A stretch of DNA of 38,146 nucleotides, from the IMG/VR virus record IMGVR_UViG_3300011339_000897, positions 1 through 38,146 of that record, one strand, 5' to 3'. Shown piece by piece: positions 35,391 to 38,146 of this stretch (within the stretch, counting starts at the first letter, position 1; each line of letters starts with the position of its first letter). The notes below the pieces were generated by a model that was not told where the DNA came from, did not search any database, and worked only from the letters and a program-made list of their open reading frames with translations. This stretch comes from a virus (Duplodnaviria > Caudoviricetes). The position numbers were made by a program, and so were the translations under genes.

Positions 35391-36097
35391 TTCTTCTGCC
35401 TCTTAGATTTAGGCTTAGGCTTTTCCTCTTTAACTGGTTCCGGCTCTAAATCATCGCCGTCATCAGTGATCGTGGTCAATGCCTCTTCCAGCTTTGAGTA
35501 ATCTTCGACAGACAACTCTTGGCAGATTTTGTCGATTTTGTCCCTGATCCGCTGTTCCGCTTCTGCCGGTGTAACGCCGCTGACTTCATATGCTAGTTCT
35601 AACGGCACACGAGAAAACTTGTCCTTTACCGCATAGCAGATTGCTCTGAAAGCAATCAGCACTTTATCAACCTCGATCAGGATTGATTCAGCCTTCTTGT
35701 TCTTGATTTCAAGGTTCTTGCACTCAAGGAAGATCTTTCGCGCCTTGAGCGTCGCCACATCCTCCATTCCTTCGACGTTGACCTCATCGCCATCGTTTAG
35801 TCGCGTGTAGTTGCCGTCTGCCAAGAATTGCTTCCGCACCACCTTGATGGCGTCAAGGTCGTAGCCTAGCGGTGTCTTTTGAAATGCGTCTGGGTTGATC
35901 TCTTGCCACCGCCGCATCGCCCCAACCGTCACGTTAAACTCAACTGCGATCTCGTTTAGCGTTTTCTTCCATCGTGTCCCGTCCTTGTGCCGATGCAGGA
36001 AATCAGCATCGCCGGCAGACAGGATGATGCCGCGCTTTGCCTTTTCAAGCAGCGATTGGAAACGCTCCTGTGTCTGCTCTGGAGTGAGTGGCTCCAT
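35387..36097 (-). CDS. terS: Terminase small subunit (Nu1-like winged HTH, 236 aa)
   Basis: TLNEIAVEFNVTVGAMRRW..YDLDAI then coiled coil; ATGA-coupled to terL; start at ATG 36097. Confidence 0.8.
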   Translation of the reverse strand: MEPLTPEQTQERFQSLLEKAKRGIILSAGDADFLHRHKDGTRWKKTLNEIAVEFNVTVGAMRRWQEINPDAFQKTPLGYDLDAIKVVRKQFLADGNYTRLNDGDEVNVEGMEDVATLKARKIFLECKNLEIKNKKAESILIEVDKVLIAFRAICYAVKDKFSRVPLELAYEVSGVTPAEAEQRIRDKIDKICQELSVEDYSKLEEALTTITDDGDDLEPEPVKEEKPKPKSKRQKK

Positions 36098-36291
36098 CAG
36101 GAATTCCGCATTGACGCACGGCTGCGCTCGATCAGATCCGCCGCATGTGCCGCGCGCCCAGTGCTTTCGCACCATGAAATCCATTCACGCAGGAGCACGC
36201 CCGTGTCACCGAGGCGCTCCCGTGAGTCAGCGACCGTCTCCCGTGTCACGGCCATAGTCTGCTGCATGCGCGGAGGCGTTTCGCCCAGCAT
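36097..36291 (-). CDS. hypothetical protein (64 aa)
   Basis: TGATG coupling to terS. Confidence 0.5.
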   Translation of the reverse strand: MLGETPPRMQQTMAVTRETVADSRERLGDTGVLLREWISWCESTGRAAHAADLIERSRASMRNS

Positions 36292-36295
36292 GATT

Positions 36296-36865
36296 TCACT
36301 GTCCACTTTCGGAGGACACGGCGGCTTCGGGAATCTGTTTCTTGAGGTCATCGTAAATAGAAATAATGAATTGCATGTCTTCGAGGATCTCGGTGATCAT
36401 CTCCTCATCGAGCGTGTCCAGCACCGTCCCTTCTCTCCACCACCGACGGATGCACCCAAGAGACGCCATCAAGTTCTGGAACTTGTAGACATCAGTCTTC
36501 CTCGGTGTCGGCTTTGGCGCTGTTTCACCGCCAATCGCAATCTGAAGTTGTTTGTATTGGCTCGATCCAGATTTCTGAAGTGGCGGCGCTTCCGGCGACA
36601 TGCGCGCCAATCGCATGCAGCGGTACACCGCATAGTAGTCACCACCACCGATGTTTTGCGATGCGTACTCCTCCCACTTGTCCTCACCAACGGCATCCTT
36701 GAGTTTGACACACGCCTTGCCCACCGCCCACGCGCGACTGAATGCCGTCGCGGAAATACCAGCCGCCATCTCCGCCTCATTCCGCATGATGCCCAGTTCT
36801 CGGGCCGCGTATTCTTGAAGCTGATCGGAGTCGAACGAATCAAAATTAGGTAGTGCGAGTTGCAT
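36296..36865 (-). CDS. DUF3102-like protein
   Basis: AWAVGKACVKLKDAVGEDKWEEY...YRCMRLA. Confidence 0.65.
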   Translation of the reverse strand: MQLALPNFDSFDSDQLQEYAARELGIMRNEAEMAAGISATAFSRAWAVGKACVKLKDAVGEDKWEEYASQNIGGGDYYAVYRCMRLARMSPEAPPLQKSGSSQYKQLQIAIGGETAPKPTPRKTDVYKFQNLMASLGCIRRWWREGTVLDTLDEEMITEILEDMQFIISIYDDLKKQIPEAAVSSESGQ

Positions 36866-36866
36866 A

Positions 36867-37070
36867 TTAGGATTCACGTCGAATCTGGTATGGTGGTCCT
36901 TGCTCGTTTGCCGAGTATGTTTCGCCGGGATGTGTCTTCATTCGGTGCCTAATCATCCCCTTTAGTGCTGATAATGTTTTAGCGTTGACTTCGCGCACCT
37001 CGCCAACTTGTAGATCCTTGAAGAGCTTCTGAGTTTTGCGCTGTGATGTTGCTTCGATTGGTGTGAACAT
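36867..37070 (-). CDS. small hypothetical protein, possibly DNA-binding (67 aa)
   Basis: FKDLQVGE...IRR pattern. Confidence 0.65.
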   Translation of the reverse strand: MFTPIEATSQRKTQKLFKDLQVGEVREVNAKTLSALKGMIRHRMKTHPGETYSANEQGPPYQIRRES

Positions 37071-37075
37071 GGTGG

Positions 37076-37534
37076 TTAGAGTTGTTTTTCTTGTGCGTAG
37101 GCGAGGAGCAACAGAGCATCAGCAGTCTTGAGCGTTACCTTGAGATGCGGATAGCGCCGTTGCGCTTCGGCCTTCAGTTTGTTTTTCCACTCGGTTGTCC
37201 CGCTGGTGTCTCCTTTGGTGCCGAGTCGGAAATGCTTTTGCCAGTCCTGCGGTCGCACGAGGATGACCGGCATCCGCAGCGATACCGCAATTCCACGGAT
37301 CAGGCCGCAGTTAAAAGCAAGAGGGAAGATGGTCGATCCCGGCAGCGCCTTACCGACAAACTTAGGAACGTCCTCGATGATGCACTTTACGCCGGGCCGC
37401 ATACTGTAGAGCAGCCCGATCTCTTCCGCAGTCTCGGTGTCGCTCGCCGGCATTCCCATGCAGGACGGAAGCGCCGCACCGTCCCATGCGATGCCGCCAT
37501 TAACTCCGGGGTCGATTGTGATGTAGGTGGTCAT
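37076..37534 (-). CDS. RuvC-like Holliday junction resolvase
   Basis: ITIDPGVNGGIA, IIEDV, VRPQDWQK, ADALLL. Confidence 0.85.
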   Translation of the reverse strand: MTTYITIDPGVNGGIAWDGAALPSCMGMPASDTETAEEIGLLYSMRPGVKCIIEDVPKFVGKALPGSTIFPLAFNCGLIRGIAVSLRMPVILVRPQDWQKHFRLGTKGDTSGTTEWKNKLKAEAQRRYPHLKVTLKTADALLLLAYAQEKQL

Positions 37535-37986
37535 GATCTTGGTGCGTCTTGTTCGATGTATCCCCACTTTGCGACGTGTACGGACTCGTAGACATGCCGC
37601 TGGTGGATTGGCCGCATCCCATTTTGGGGGGGCAGATGAAAGTCGGCCAGCAGTTTATCAACTCTCTTAGAAAACGCCTGTTTACTAAGACGATGCCGCT
37701 TGGCGATCTGCTCCATTGACTCTTCCGCCCGGCCAATCAGCCCGTAGCAGTAGAGCACCACGTCCAGCTCCAGCAGTGGACTGGCTGAGTCCGAGATGTG
37801 AGCCAGCACTGCTGAGAGCCCCCGGTCGTAGGATGGATGATCGAGGCCGGCGCGCTTGTCGATTTCAAGGTGCAGCCGGACAAACTCCTGCTTCACAATG
37901 TCGAGCGCCTGCTGCCGGCTGAGATCCGCAACCGCACGCCAGCGCAGAGCCACCCGCTCGGCGAGGATGTCCTCTGGTGCCTCCAC
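37531..37986 (-). CDS. Sigma-factor region 4-like HTH protein (151 aa)
   Basis: ELDVVLYCYGLIGRAEESMEQIAKRHRLSKQAFSKRVDK resembles sigma70 r4 (E..VL.LRFGL....TLEEI....SRERVRQ). Confidence 0.6.
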   Translation of the reverse strand: MEAPEDILAERVALRWRAVADLSRQQALDIVKQEFVRLHLEIDKRAGLDHPSYDRGLSAVLAHISDSASPLLELDVVLYCYGLIGRAEESMEQIAKRHRLSKQAFSKRVDKLLADFHLPPQNGMRPIHQRHVYESVHVAKWGYIEQDAPRS

Positions 37987-38036
37987 ATACTCGGGAGCAG
38001 CGACTTGAAAAACTGGATGGTCTGTGTCGATGCATC

Positions 38037-38064
38037 AAAATATCAAACTCTTTTAATAATGCAA
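38037..38064 (-). promoter_or_regulatory. Possible sigma70 promoter for the right-end operon
   Basis: TTGCAT-N16-TATTTT with TGn extension. Confidence 0.4.
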
Positions 38065-38112
38065 GTTTTTTGCACCTGTGTTTTTTAAAATACTAATGCA
38101 AAAAACTTGCAT
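38059..38112. repeat. Perfect 16-bp inverted repeat next to the right end
   Basis: ATGCAAGTTTTTTGCA (38059-38074) / TGCAAAAAACTTGCAT (38097-38112), 22-bp spacer. Confidence 0.8.
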
Positions 38113-38128
38113 CAGTGAGTTTTCTGCG

Positions 38129-38143
38129 CGCGAGGCGGAAACC
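38129..38143 (+). repeat. Right copy of 15-bp terminal direct repeat
   Basis: Identical to 1-15; followed only by AGA. Confidence 0.8.
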
Positions 38144-38146
38144 AGA

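Noticed and set aside
30311-37591. Long plus-strand ORFs (e.g. 30311-31069, 35987-36853, 37082-37591)
   Set aside because: They are antisense shadows of well-supported minus-strand genes and show no recognisable motifs.
1-38146. Stop-codon reassignment
   Set aside because: Core genes are full length in the standard code, and TAA, TAG and TGA all terminate genes.

Overview
This window appears to be a complete or near-complete ~38.1 kb genome of a tailed dsDNA phage (siphovirus-like). The same 15 nt (CGCGAGGCGGAAACC) occur at both ends. Almost all genes are on the minus strand. From the right end these are: a sigma-region-4-like HTH gene, RuvC-like resolvase, DUF3102-like gene, lambda-type terminase (Nu1-like small and gpA-family large subunit), lambda-type portal, protease/scaffold, HK97-fold major capsid plus cement protein, neck genes, tail tube, frameshifted tail chaperone and a short tape measure protein. 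Three tandem polyglycine-rich paralogs, a lysis cassette with an M15 peptidase endolysin, a beta-helix spike and fibres follow. Then comes a separately promoted early operon: RHH regulator, many small ORFs, ThyA, SSB-like protein, stand-alone 3'-5' exonuclease, Pif1 helicase and VirE_N/PriCT-2/D5 primase-helicase, ending at a ~120-bp palindrome (candidate origin). A small plus-strand unit at the left end carries an XRE HTH gene. I see no integrase, DNA polymerase, reverse transcriptase or CRISPR array. The most unusual signals are: (1) a TTGACA-N14-ATG element at the head of five late-gene modules, without a -10 box; (2) three colinear polyglycine tail-tip paralogs; (3) a D-armless tRNA-like element in front of the lysis genes. 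All functional calls come from motif recognition and gene order; no database search was run.
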